Assembly: GCA_964016885.1 (NCBI GenBank)
Contig: OZ024752.1
Span: 13,020,001 to 13,084,000 of the forward strand
Reading direction: 5' to 3'
Source: Eledone cirrhosa
Lineage: Eukaryota
Length of the DNA: 64,000 nt
The position numbers were made by a program, and so were the translations under genes. The notes beneath the pieces are model-generated. The model worked only from the letters and a program-made list of their open reading frames with translations. It did not search any database and had not been told where the DNA came from. The first letter of the stretch is position 1. Every line of letters starts with the position of its first letter. Shown one piece after another: positions 15,601-28,727 of this stretch.

Positions 15601-18600
15601 GTTGACAGCCCACCTTCTACAGTCACATAAACCCTGTAAAATATAGGCATGGTGTTGACAGCCCACCTTCTACAGTCACATAAACCCTGTAAAATATAGG
15701 CATGGTGTTGACAGCCCACCTTCTACAGTCACATAAACCCTGTAAAATATAGGCATGGTGTTGACAGCCCACCTTCTACAGTCACATAAACCCTGTAAAA
15801 TATAGGCATGGTGTTGACAGCCCACCTTCTACAGTCAAATAAACCCTGTAAAATATAGGCATGGTGTTGACAGCCCACCTTCTCCAGTCACATAAACCCT
15901 GTAAAATATAGGCATGGTGTTGACAGCCCACCTTCCACAGTCAAATAAACCCTGTAAAATATAGGCATGGTGTTGACACCCCACCTACAGTCACATAAAC
16001 CCTGTAAAATATAGGCATGGTGTTGACACCCCACCTACAGTCACATAAACCCTGTAAAATATAGGCATGGTGTTGACAGCCCGCCTTCTACAGTCACATA
16101 AACCCTGTAAAATATAGGCATGGTGTTGACAGCCCACCTTCTACAGTCAAATAAACCCTGTAAAATATAGGCATGGTGTTGACACCCCACCTACAGTCAC
16201 ATAAACCCTGTAAAATATAGGCATGGTGTTGACAGCCCACCTTCTACAGTCACATAAACCCTGTAAAATATAGGCATGGTGTTGACAGCCCACCTTCTAC
16301 AGTCACATAAACCCTGTAAAATATAGGCATGGTGTTGACACCCCACCTACAGTCACATAAACCCTGTAAAATATAGGCATGGTGTTGACAGCCCACCTTC
16401 TACAGTCACATAAACCCTGTAAAATATAGGCATGGTGTTGACAGCCCACCTTCTACAGTCAAATAAACCCTGTAAAATATAGGCATGGTGTTGACAGCCC
16501 ACCTTCTACAGTCACATAAATCCTGTAAAATATAGGCATGGTGTTGACAGCCCACCTTCTACAGTCACATAAACCCTCTAAAATATAGGCATGGTGTTGA
16601 CAGCCCACCTTCTACAGTCACATAAACCCTGTAAAATATAGGCATGGTGTTGACAGCCCACCTTCTACAGTCACATAAACCCTGTAAAATATAGGCATGG
16701 TGTTGACAGCCCACCTTCTACAGTCAAATAAACCCTGTAAAATATAGGCATGGTGTTGACAGCCCACCTTCTACAGTCAAATAAACCCTGTAAAATATAG
16801 GCATGGTGTTGACAGCCCATCTTCTACAGTCACATAAACCCTGTAAAATATAGGCATGGTGTTGACAGCCCACCTACAGTCATATAAACCCTGTAAAATA
16901 TAGGCATGGTGTTGACAGCCCACCTACAGTCACATAAACCCTGTAAAATATAGGCATGGTGTTGACAGCCCACCCACAGTCACATAAACCCTGTAAAATA
17001 TAGGCATGGTGTTGACAGCCCACCTTCTACAGTCACATAAACCCTGTAAAATATAGGCATGGTGTTGACACCCCATCTTCTACAGTCACATAAACCCTGT
17101 AAAATATAGGCATGGTGTTGACAGCCCACCTTCTACAGTCAAATAAACCCTGTAAAATATAGGCATGGTGTTGACAGCCCACCTTCTACAGTCAAATAAA
17201 CCCTGTAAAATATAGGCATGGTGTTGACAGCCCACCTTCTACAGTCACATAAACCCTGTAAAATATAGGCATGGTGTTGACAGCCCACCTTCTACAGTCA
17301 CATAAACCCTGTAAAATATAGGCATGGTGTTGACAGCCCACCTTCTACAGTCACATAAACCCTGTAAAATATAGGCATGGTGTTGACAGCCCACCTTCTA
17401 CAGTCAAATAAACCCTGTAAAATATAGGCATGGTGTTGACAGCCCACCTTCTACAGTCACATAAACCCTGTAAAATATAGGCATGGTGTTGACAGCCCAC
17501 CTTCTACAGTCACATAAACCCTGTAAAATATAGGCATGGTGTTGACAGCCCACCTTCTACAGTCACATAAACCCTGTAAACTATAGGCATGGTGTTGACA
17601 GCCCACCTTCTACAGTCACATAAACCCTGTAAAATATAGGCATGGTGTTGACACCCCACCTACAGTCACATAAACCCTGTAAAATATAGGCATGGTGTTG
17701 ACAGCCCACCTTCTCCAGTCACATAAACCCTGTAAAATATAGGCATGGTGTTGACAGCCCACCTTCTACAGTCAAATAAACCCTGTAAAATATAGGCATG
17801 GTGTTGACAGCCCACCTTCTACAGTCAAATAAACCCTGTAAAATATAGGCATGGTGTTGTCAGCCCACCTTCTACAGTCACACAAACCCTGTAAAATATA
17901 GGCATGGTGTTGACAGCCCACCTTCTACAGTCAAATAAACCCTGTAAAATATAGGCATGGTGTTGTCAGCCCACCTTCTACAGTCACATAAACCCTGTAA
18001 AATATAGGCATGGTGTTGACAGCCCACCTTCTACAGTCACATAAACCCTGTAAAATATAGGCATGGTGTTGACAGCCCACCTTCTACAGTCACATAAACC
18101 CTGTAAAATATAGGCATGGTGTTGACAGCCCACCTTCTACAGTCACATAAACCCTGTAAAATATAGGCATGGTGTTGACAGCCCACCTTCTACAGTCAAA
18201 TAAACCCTGTAAAATATAGGCATGGTGTTGACAGCCCACCTTCTACAGTCAAATAAACCCTGTAAAATATAGGCATGGTGTTGACAGCCCACCTTCTACA
18301 GTCACATAAACCCTGTAAAATATAGGCATGGTGTTGACAGCCCACCTTCTACAGTCACATAAACCCTGTAAAATATAGGCATGGTGTTGACAGCCCACCT
18401 TCTACAGTCACATAAACCCTGTAAAATATAGGCATGGTGTTGACACCCCACCTACAGTCACATAAACCCTGTAAAATATAGGCATGGTGTTGACATCCCA
18501 CCTTCTACAGTCACATAAACCCTGTAAAATATAGGCATGGTGTTGACAGCCCACCTTCTACAGTCAAATAAACCCTGTAAAATATAGGCATGGTGTTGAC

Positions 18601-20178
18601 AGCCCACCTTCTACAGTCACATAAACTCTGTAAAATATAGGCATGGTGTTGACAGCCCACCTTCCACAGTCAAATAAACCCTGTAAAATATAGGCATGGT
18701 GTTGACACCCCACCTACAGTCACATAAACCCTGTAAAATATAGGCATGGTGTTGACACCCCACCTACAGTCACATAAACCCTGTAAAATATAGGCATGGT
18801 GTTGACAGCCCACCTTCTACAGTCACATAAACCCTGTAAAATATAGGCATGGTGTTGACAGCCCACCTTCTACAGTAAAATAAACCCTGTAAAATATAGG
18901 CATGGTGTTGACACCCCACCTACAGTCACATAAACCCTGTAAAATATAGGCATGGTGTTGACAGCCCACCTTCTACAGTCACATAAACCCTGTAAAATAT
19001 AGGCATGGTGTTGACAGCCCACCTTCTACAGTCACATAAACCCTGTAAAATATAGGCATGGTGTTGACAGCCCACCTTCTACAGTCACATAAACCCTGTA
19101 AAATATAGGCATGGTGTTGACACCCCACCTACAGTCACATAAACCCTGTAAAATATAGGCATGGTGTTGACAGCCCACCTTCTACAGTCACATAAACCCT
19201 GTAAAATATAGGCATGGTGTTGACACCCCACCTACAGTCACATAAACCCTGTAAAATATAGGCATGGTGTTGACAGCCCACCTTCTACAGTCACATAAAC
19301 CCTGTAAAATATAGGCATGGTGTTGACAGCCCACCTTCTACAGTCACATAAACCCTGTAAAATATAGGCATGGTGTTGACAGCCCACCTTCTACAGTCAC
19401 ATAAACCCTGTAAAATATAGGCATGGTGTTGACACCCCACCTACAGTCACATAAACCCTGTAAAATATAGGCATGGTGTTGACATCCCACCTTCTACAGT
19501 CACATAAACCCTGTAAAATATAGGCATGGTGTTGACAGCCCACCTTCTACAGTCAAATAAACCCTGTAAAATATAGGCATGGTGTTGACAGCCCACCTTC
19601 TACAGTCACATAAACTCTGTAAAATATAGGCATGGTGTTGACAGCCCACCTTCCACAGTCAAATAAACCCTGTAAAATATAGGCATGGTGTTGACACCCC
19701 ACCTACAGTCACATAAACCCTGTAAAATATAGGCATGGTGTTGACAGCCCACCTTCTACAGTCACATAAACCCTGTAAAATATAGGCATGGTGTTGACAG
19801 CCCACCTTCTACAGTCACATAAACCCTGTAAAATATAGGCATGGTGTTGACAGCCCACCTTCTACAGTCACATAAACCCTGTAAAATATAGGCATGGTGT
19901 TGACAGCCCACCTTCTACAGTCACATAAACCCTGTAAAATATAGGCATGGTGTTGACAGCCCACCTTCTACAGTCACATAAACCCTGTAAAATATAGGCA
20001 TGGTGTTGACAGCCCACCTTCTACAGTCACATAAACCCTGTAAAATATAGGCATGGTGTTGACAGCCCACCTTCTACAGTCACATAAACCCTGTAAAATA
20101 TAGGCATGGTGTTGACAGCCCACCTTCTATAGTCACATAAACCCTATAAAAATAGTCATAGTGTTGAGATCCCACCTT
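643..20178. repeat. ~19.5-kb tandem satellite, 53-bp monomer (acagcccaccttctacagtcacataaaccctgtaaaatataggcatggtgttg) with a 50-bp variant (acaccccacctacagtc...), ~370 copies
   Basis: Directly visible head-to-tail repeats without spacers; the short ORFs at 3355-3611 are translations of the repeat. Confidence 0.99.
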
Positions 20179-20200
20179 GTGCCTAAATCAGAAACCATTA

Positions 20201-22134
20201 TCTACTATATAAATGGCAATTTCTGACGGTGTGCATAACCAGTTGGCGCCTACACCAGTGATCTGATCCTGATGAAACTTTACACACATGTTAAGCTAAT
20301 ATTCAGAAACAGGACTGGCTAATTGGATTTCAAGAAAAATGAATAATGAAACCCCTCGGAACCTCTTTACAGTGGAGGGTAAAAAAGAAGATGTTTCACT
20401 GAGAGAGGGGGAAGAGGAGATACTACTATTGTTAAACCCTCCCCGCCATGACTCCCCTTCCTCCTCCCACAACTGAGTCCTCCAAAACGAGGCAACAACT
20501 TATTAGAAATGAGTTTATTTTATCAATATTTCGAGGTGTCGGATTGTGGGAAGATTATACTTGGTATATAATAAATATATTCCCTATTGAATTTACATTA
20601 CACGAATTGTCCTCTTAAACGTAAGTATCCATAACAGTCTTTTTGCTTGCAACCTTAATACTACTCGGCAAGCCCACATTGGATTTTCAATAAAACTCAT
20701 GTTTAATGCCTTTATGTTAGAGTATTATATCTAAGCAATTCCATTTCTTAACACTTAAACTCCATGTTTTAAACTTACTAACTGAGCATTACAGAAATCA
20801 ACCCACATGTAGTGTGAACTTACACTTACAATGTCAGGATGCAGAAAGCCAATAGAGTCATTAGCGATTAATGATTTCGTTGCTTATTTGCTTATCGACA
20901 CAGCTCATCAGATGACCCCCCACCTCACCCCTCATTGGTTAACTACTACTGTCAAACTTCTGAAGTGTGCTGAATCGTCACTCTGCGCCGTTTTTGCAGC
21001 TACTTACGGAACTACGTTTAAAATCTTTCAATATTCCTATCACCCAACTTACTTATATCATACAAAAAAGACGTAAGGTGACAATTAGGCTTTCAGCAGT
21101 CATTAACCAAATGGGGTCTGCTGATAAGATTCAATGCGATGACCTGGAAGTTGGCTCACCATGACATTCTTTAAAGGAATTAATATCAAATCATATGTCG
21201 GCATATATTTATGCTACCTGCATGTTGTTTGCGGCCGTTTTTGAGATGAAACTTCGTTCGGGTTGTTCTCGGTAACAAAAATGTAGGCGCTTACTAATGA
21301 CTCACACCAATGAGAAGATTAGCTGCCTGAGGAATTCCCTTGCTTGCCCCCCCCCCCTTTTTATGTGATTCCATCTCCCCCATTATGAGCCTGGTAATGG
21401 TTGAGATTTGATGACTCCCCTTCTACAAACATTGCTCCAGAGACCTTTTGGATTTTGTCCCCCCCTTAATTAAAGGCATATCCAATGGTTCGCCTTCTAA
21501 CCTTATAGCTCTGAAATATAAGAATGCGATGCCACTATGAAAGCGAGCAAGGTTGAACTCTCAAACTGTACACGCACGAAAAATGCGACAATGGCGTTCA
21601 TAGGTATGCCATTCTAATAAATCACGTCTCCCATTTCTTATGTTACCCATACACCATCAAGCATTCCATGTTATCCACTCTCTGTCTACCACCTCATGTC
21701 ACACATTTTCCTGATCTACCATCATTCACTGCTCCCATAAGCACGTCCAAAATGTGCACATTTTGTCAGTGGCAACTCACAAGTAAACTTACCCATCTTA
21801 TTTTATTCACCAGGAGACGGTGGCAGAGTGAGATGCTCACCTGACTGCAAATAGAGCAGCCCTCGAAAGAGCAAGGCAAGCAGAGACGTCCGCAGATAGA
21901 AGAGTTCACCTAGCTGCAGACAGAGCAGCCCATAAAAGAGCAAGGTGAGCTTAGATGGCCACAGAGAGAGACATTCGCTTTACTGCAGATAGAGAGTCAC
22001 AACGACGCATAAGAGAACGTGAAGATTCACCCTCCAGAATTCTAAGACAGCGATAGGACTGCACGAGCAGCAGCCAGTGCTGCTAGCATTTTCAGGTGCA
22101 CCTTTCCCCGGGAATTACCAGGTACTGCAGCTAG
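20201..22134 (+). mobile_element. Non-autonomous Helitron
   Basis: Starts A|TCTACTATATAAA; ends with a degenerate hairpin 'ccccgggaattaccagg' and CTAG|T, i.e. inserted between A and T; 21813-22080 encodes decayed E/R/A-rich repeats (RAALERARQAETSADRRVHLAADRAAHKRAR) like Helitron RepHel N-termini. Confidence 0.8.
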
Positions 22135-22147
22135 TATATATATATAA

Positions 22148-22206
22148 TAATTGTTTCTACTTTTTGGCACAAGGCCAGCAATTACCCAGTGCATTACTGG
22201 TACTTA
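22148..22206 (-). mobile_element. SINE 3' tail fragment (Nin-type)
   Basis: 'aattgtttctactttttggcacaaggccagcaattacccagtgcattactggtac' also occurs at ~245, 42108, 57328 and 63075. Confidence 0.7.
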
Positions 22207-22230
22207 TATATAATACTGGTATATATATAT

Positions 22231-24537
22231 AATAATAATAATGAAATTATTGTGTACAGTGCTCAGGTGCACTACAACTCATCAAAGGTGCATGTGTAGT
22301 ACATAGAATAATGTACAAATGTCAGGAAAGTAAACTGTATATGAGCCATGATATACATGTGTGCATGTGTATGGAGGGGGGGGGGGGTATCAGGTGTAGT
22401 GTTGGTGAATTTCAGGAAGCATAGAGGTTTTAAAGGATGCAGTGTCTCAGCAGCTAACAACTGATGCAGATAGTTTGTTTCATGCTTCAGCAACTCTGAG
22501 CGTGAAAAAATGTTTTCGAAAGTCATGGGAGCTGTGCTGTTTTCTGACTTTGTAGGCATGCCCATGTGTGTTAGACACATGGAAATCAAAAAGGGGCTCA
22601 GGGTTGTTGTTGGCAAGATGGTTAATAATTTTGTGGGTGTTTACCAAGTCAGTTGCCAGACGCTGGAGCTTCAATGTATCCATGCCCAGGGAAGCAAGGA
22701 ATTCAGGGTATAGTAGATGCCTGATGGAGGGTATTCGCTTGGTTGCACGTCTCTGAACAGTTTCCAGGAGGTCAATGCTCTGAGCAAGATAGGGGTTCCA
22801 TACTGGTGATGCAAATTCTAAGAGTGGCCACACCATTACTATATACAGCTTAAAATAGATAGCTGGAGAGCGGTTGTCAAAGGTCTTGCTGAGTGATACT
22901 AAGACACCCTCGGCTTTCTTGACAATTTTAGAGATGTGCTTTGTCCAACGCAAATCGCTACTGACAGTAATGCCCAGGTCACGTTCACAAGAAGATTTCT
23001 TGATATTAGTGTTGTGGAGGGAGTATGTGGACGCTGGTTTTTTTCTCCCAAAATGCATGGTGATACACTTGTCCACAGCTAGCTTGAGTTGCCAGTCTGT
23101 GATCCATTGTTGCATTGTGTCCAGGGCTGATTGCCGGAAAGATCTATAGTGTTCAGTATCTATCCTTTTTAACTCAAGGTACAGCTTGATGTCATCTGCA
23201 TATTTCAGTACTGAGGCATTCTTTAAGTCGGCATCTGTGTCATTAATATATGCAACAAACAAAAGGGGACCAAGAACAGATCCCTGTGGTATACCAGATG
23301 ACATCTCATACGGTGAGGAATGTTGTCCTAGAACCGTGACTACCTCTCTTCGACTGAGAATAAAGGACTTCAACCAGTTAAAAAGATCCTCTTCACACCC
23401 ATTGCAGAGAGTTTTGTCATACGTCAGTTGTGTGGCATAGAATTAAAAGCTTTCGCAAAGTCAAGGTCAATAACATCCACCCACGAGCCACCATCAATGA
23501 TCCGGGTGATGTCTTCAAGAAACTCGATAAGTTTATCACAGCAGCTGGAGTTAGGGATAAATCCAAATTGCGAGGGCCATATAAGACTGAGAATTCCAGA
23601 AGTTCCAATGTGTTTCTCTGACACAGGATTCCATCAGCTGCTAGTAAGATGTACTGGACGATAGTTGACAGCTGATGTGCGGTCACCCTTTTTGAACAGA
23701 GGAATGACACTGGCAGTTTTCCACTGCTCCGGAGTAGCACCATTGTTCAGACAGAATTGAAAGAAGAGTAATAGCTGGTGCAGAAGAAAGTACCCACCAC
23801 GTTTGAGAAGCAGGTACATAACACCATCAAGACCAGGAGAGGCATGGTTGCATTTATTTTTAAGGTAACGTCGCAGCATAGTAGGTGTAAATTCCATAGT
23901 TATCATAGAATTTGATGTCAGAGGTGGTGGAGATGGTACATTTTGGTTTTCAACAGTAAAAATGCCTGCATAGCATTCAGCAATGAGTTCTGCGCATTCT
24001 TTGGGGTCGTCAGTAATCTGGATTGTGTGGGGATTGCGAAGAGGACCAACTGGAGAATGAGGCCTCTGCTTTGAATGTACATATTTCCAGAACACCTTAC
24101 TGTCAGGGTTGGTTGCTATATGTTGTTCAAATTCAAGCACTTCCTTTTTTGTCAGGGTTGGATGATTTATTTCGGTTTTTTCTATTGATATCTATCTGAT
24201 TTATGCAGTTTGTACTCACGTTCAGCATTGCGACACTCTTTCCTGGCAAGTCGGACTGCTGCAGTTTCCCAAATTGCACTTTTGGGATGTTTTTTCCTGT
24301 TTACGTGGCCCTGATGCTGCACATGCTGTCCATATTGAGCTCAGGATGTTCTGAAGTATAGTGTTCACATCTCCAGAGTTGTAAAATTCAAGCGAGTTTG
24401 GCATTGTAGTTCAGTGCAGTAAGAGTTCCAGTCTGCTTTATTCCAGTGAAAGTGAGCAGTTTGGAGATGGTTGTGGTTTTTGTTACTGCCCATAAGGGAC
24501 AGATTGGCAATGATCATAGCATGATCAAAGTCACCTA
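22231..24537 (-). mobile_element. CR1-clade LINE, 5'-truncated and decayed (RT + 3'UTR)
   Basis: ORF pieces: SPGLDG...NYRPVHLTS, SQFGF, DLDFAKAF, GIPQGSVLGPLLF, LKYADD, CR1-type C-terminus 'RKHFFTLRVAEA'; (TTA)n tail at ~22231. Confidence 0.9.
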
Positions 24538-24700
<163 letters not shown>

Positions 24701-25309
24701 TGGGTGGTTTTTTGTCAATTGTCCTAAAAACATACAAAATAGGTGCAGCACAAACATTTCACATAATTTTCAAAAGCTATTTTCCATGTGATAGGCTATA
24801 AAAATGTTGAAATAAAAAGAGTAATATTTCATTTCCTTATTAGAGAAAGTGGAGAACTTGTTAAAAATTATGAGCCATATGCTTATATGAATTGGAGAAC
24901 TAGAATTGTTGGGTTATTAGGCTTTGTTATCTGAATCAACAAGATCCTAGATCTCATTCACTTACTGAGTAGGGTGGAACTCATCAGATAAGACTAAAGA
25001 AACAATGCTTCTGTTTCTGATACTATCTACCAGTGCTACTCCTAGCATTTACCAACCCAGCCCAAACTGGCTCTGGTTCTAAGAAATAAAACCACCCATT
25101 TTAAAGATTTCTACTCTATATATTACTAAAACTCTGGGATTGCTTGGTTGCTTGTCTGTAATGTAATACAGCCAAAGTATAATGGGAAAATACTTTGAAA
25201 GGAAGTTGCCTCTCAAATGGGAATACAAATGGAATAAAGCAAGTTTTGTGTAAATCGGTGCATGGGTTCCCAAGATACAAGGTTTTTCTGGGTACCTTCA
25301 TAAATATAG

Positions 25310-25370
25310 AGAGAGAAGGATAGAAAGAAAGAGATAGTGGTTGTGAAAGAGTAGATTGAAAGAGAGACAT

Positions 25371-25402
<32 letters not shown>

Positions 25403-25650
25403 CAGAGAAGGAGAATGGAAGAGAGAGCTGGTGGTGTTGTTGTGTATATATATATATATGAGTGTGTGTGTATATGTGTGTGGTGTGTGTGTCTATGACC
25501 AATGTATATAGATCACAGACACCCACATATATATATATATACACACATACATATACATGTGTATATACACACACACACACAGTTATATATATACATACAC
25601 ACACGTGTATATATATATATATATATATCATCATCATCATCATCATCATG
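25310..25650. repeat. Compound (GA)n/(TA)n/(CA)n/(CAT)n microsatellite region
   Basis: Direct inspection. Confidence 0.9.
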
Positions 25651-25812
25651 TTCATTTAACGTCCATTTTCCACGCTAGCATGGGTTAAACGGGAGTTGTC
25701 CCACTTGAGGCAAGGTTGGTCGGGTGACCATGTCTCGCTCATATAGGACTATCTGGCAGGTTTTCTACGGCTGGATACCCTTCCTAACACCAACCACATT
25801 TACAGTGTGGAA
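25628..25812 (-). mobile_element. RTE 3'UTR/SINE tail fragment
   Basis: Homologous to 25878-26050; (GAT)n tail on the minus strand. Confidence 0.75.
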
Positions 25813-25874
25813 TATATATATATATACATATAGAGGCCTTCCAATTTCATTTCATATTATATACATGTCTGTGT

Positions 25875-27401
25875 ATCATCATCATCATCATCATCGTTTA
25901 ACGTCCATATTCCACGCTTGCATGGGTTTGGACGGGAGTTTTCCCACTTGAGGCAAGAGTGGTTGTCTTACTCGCATAGGACTGTCTGGCTGGTTTTCTA
26001 TGGCTGGATGCCCTTCCTAACACCAACCACATTTACAGTGTGGAACTGGGAGGTTTTTACCGTGTTACCTACACGGCCACATTACAGCGTGGACTGTGTG
26101 TTTTTTTTGTCGTGACACCTACACGACCTCATTTGTTTCGGCCTGGATGTTGTGGTACCAACATAACTTTACATTGAAAGGGGCGGTGTGGATGGGGTGG
26201 GGGTAGTGGGACGGGGGTATATTTTGTTAGAGGTGCCTACTGACTGTAGTAGGTTTTACTTTGTATTTAGGTAAGGCGGGTCTTCTCTATTACTGTGTAG
26301 CGCCAAAGGTCTCGGTCCAGTGACATTGTCTTGGAGAGGTGTAAGTGTGTGAGGTCGGAATTTATCAAGTCTTCCCAGGATTTTCTGGGTCTGCCTACTC
26401 TGTGGATACCGTCTATTTTTATTGCCCTGCAATTTTTTATACAGCTGTCATCTTTCATGCGCATCACGTGACCATACCAACGTAGCCTTCTCTCGAGTAA
26501 ACAACATCTGATCCCTCTTATTTCTAATTTTTCCCTTAGTTCGTTAATGCTTTGCCGTTCACGTATATTACTATTACACATCCAACGGAGCATGCAAGTT
26601 TCGTTCCTCTCTAGTCTGCATATATCCTCTGCACACAATGCCCAGGTCTCACTTCCATGCAACATTGCTGTTTGTATGCAGGCATCATACAACCTGCCTT
26701 TCATTTTTAGGGAGAACCCTTTAGCGGCTAATAGTGGTATAAGCTCTCTGAACTTTTTCCATCCAGTTCTGACTCTAGCTACTGTACTTTCAGAGCACCC
26801 TCCCACACTGCTGATTTTGTCACCCAGGTAAGGGAAGCTGTCCACTATTTCTATAGAACCATCTGTGCAATTGAAAGAGCTAGTATTCTGTGGGCACTTG
26901 CTGCTACTTATTGCACCAGACCACCGGCCACATGTAAAATCTATGTTCTTAGTTAGCTTACCTGTGATCCCACTACATCTTTTATGCACCCATACTTTGC
27001 ATTTGGGACATAAAATGGAGTTTCTACCTACTCCTTTCCTACACACTGAACATGGCCATTTCCCGGATGGGACCGGCGCCCTATTTTCCTTCCTACAAAC
27101 TAGAACTTTAGTCTTAGACAGGTTAATTTTAAGGCCTTTTGATTCTAGGCCATGCTTCCATGTTTGGAATTTCTTCTCTAGTTCGGCCATTGATTCAGCT
27201 ATGAGGGTTAGATCATCTGCATATAGGAGTTCCCATGGGCAGCCGGTCTTGAACTCCACTGTTATAACCTGAAGGGCAATAATAAATAGTAGGGGGCTAA
27301 GAACGGAGCCCTGATGAAGACCAACTTTTACACTAAACTCTTCACTATATTCGTTGTTAATTCTAACCTTGCTGACTGTTTCTTTATACATGGCTTGTAT
27401 A
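25875..27401 (-). mobile_element. RTE-clade LINE family A, 5'-truncated (ORF 26267-27391: RT motifs 4-7, PHD-like finger, C-terminus)
   Basis: GLHQGSVLSPLLF, LLYADD, GLKINLSKTK, MLHGSETW, RRLRWYGHVMR, GRPRKSW; ~390-nt 3'UTR ending in (GAT)n. Confidence 0.92.
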
Positions 27402-27885
27402 TTTTTATTATTTTATATTTATACATGGCATGTATATTTTAATTATTTAAAAAAATATTTTTAAGTAAACATGATTTTAAAAAAAAATATTTTGAAATGA
27501 ACGTGACCCAACGTGACATGGGTAGTGTAGTTTAAATTAAAATCTTCCAACATAATTTTGCATAAGAACCTCACATTAAGTTACTATCTTACTAATGAAA
27601 TAATCAATAATTTTAGTAAATCCCTCAAAATTCTTCATTAATTAATTAAAATAGAATGTATTTCATTAGAAATGGGGTCATTGAAGGGTTAAACATTTAA
27701 AAAGTACATTCATTTGGCAACAGTTTTACTATCTTGTCTGTGAGGGAAGAACACATTTATTTTTGTTTTTGCATTTGTAAAAAGGATATTGACCCTGAAA
27801 TATTATTGTGTATGAAAAACATTAGTTTGTTTTGTTTTGTCATGACATATATTTACTATAATCAAGAGGGGCAAGAGACAGCATG

Positions 27886-27970
27886 TCAGTTTCTATTCCT
27901 CTGCCATCTCATGACTTTGTAAAACATCACACAGATGGTTCCAGCAGATATAATTGTAAAAAATGTAATT
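27886..27970 (-). other. Candidate terminal coding exon (hydrophobic helix + basic tail: ITFFTIISAGTICVMFYKVMRWQRNRN*)
   Basis: Pyrimidine-rich acceptor 'ctccttttacaaactttcag'; open phase-2 frame to TGA; no recognised homology. Confidence 0.25.
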
Positions 27971-28727
27971 CTGAAAGTTTGTAAAAGGAGACACACTGAA
28001 AAAGACAGTCTAACTTGACTGGCTTGTTTTTCTAGATAGCCACCTCTCTGTCCTGATTTCAGTAAATAGGGAGGTAGATAAGGGATCCAGGATGCCAGAT
28101 GTTTTCACAGCCATGAGTTCAATTATGAAGTCAGTACTCATGTAGGTTATGATCCTCATCTTGTTGGGAAACCAAACCTAGAACTTACACTGAATCCATT
28201 AAGTTGATGAAGAATACCATTGTTTTAATTCACACACATAAAAAGAACATTGTTTCATCATCATCATTGTTTAACATCCATTTTCCATGCTAGCATGGGT
28301 GGGACGGGTTGACCCTTTGAGAAAGAATCAGGTCAGAGGACCATGTTTCACTCCTCCGAGGCTGATTTTGGATTTGTTTCTACAGCCGGATGCTAATGCT
28401 AAGGTTAACCACATTTAATAGTAAATAATATGTTTATCTAATAAGTACAGTTTTTAAAATCTAAATATATATCTATTATCCCTTTCATTAGCACATTTCT
28501 AATGAGATGTATTGTATTAATTGATGAGTAATTTAGGTGATTTATTGAAATTAAATATTTTTTCATTAAGTTTGTATTTGTAACATAACAAAAAGCAAAC
28601 AAATATATGATGGTAATGAAAGGGCAGACAAAACGACAAGTTAAATTTACCACCCACAGGAAGAAACCCAATGGAATGTTTACATCAGCAGTTATATTTG
28701 ACAAAAGAAATTCTGAAACTTACATTA

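Noticed and set aside
643-20178. CRISPR-like array or repetitive coding gene
   Set aside because: No unique spacers and no cas genes; monomer lengths 53/50 are not multiples of 3 and the frames hit stops; the ORFs at 3355-3611 are artefacts
24960-24995. CTGATGA on the minus strand (hammerhead or microexon)
   Set aside because: No correctly placed GAAA or helix partners; exon evidence is limited to splice-like dinucleotides
26547-27272. Antisense ORFs over RTE, CR1 and Tx1 coding regions
   Set aside because: Shadow ORFs opposite TE reading frames, with no independent motifs
28010-28712. Extra minus-strand exons (28651-28712 and ~28043-28178)
   Set aside because: Weak acceptors and unrecognisable peptides; joining them needs over-fitting
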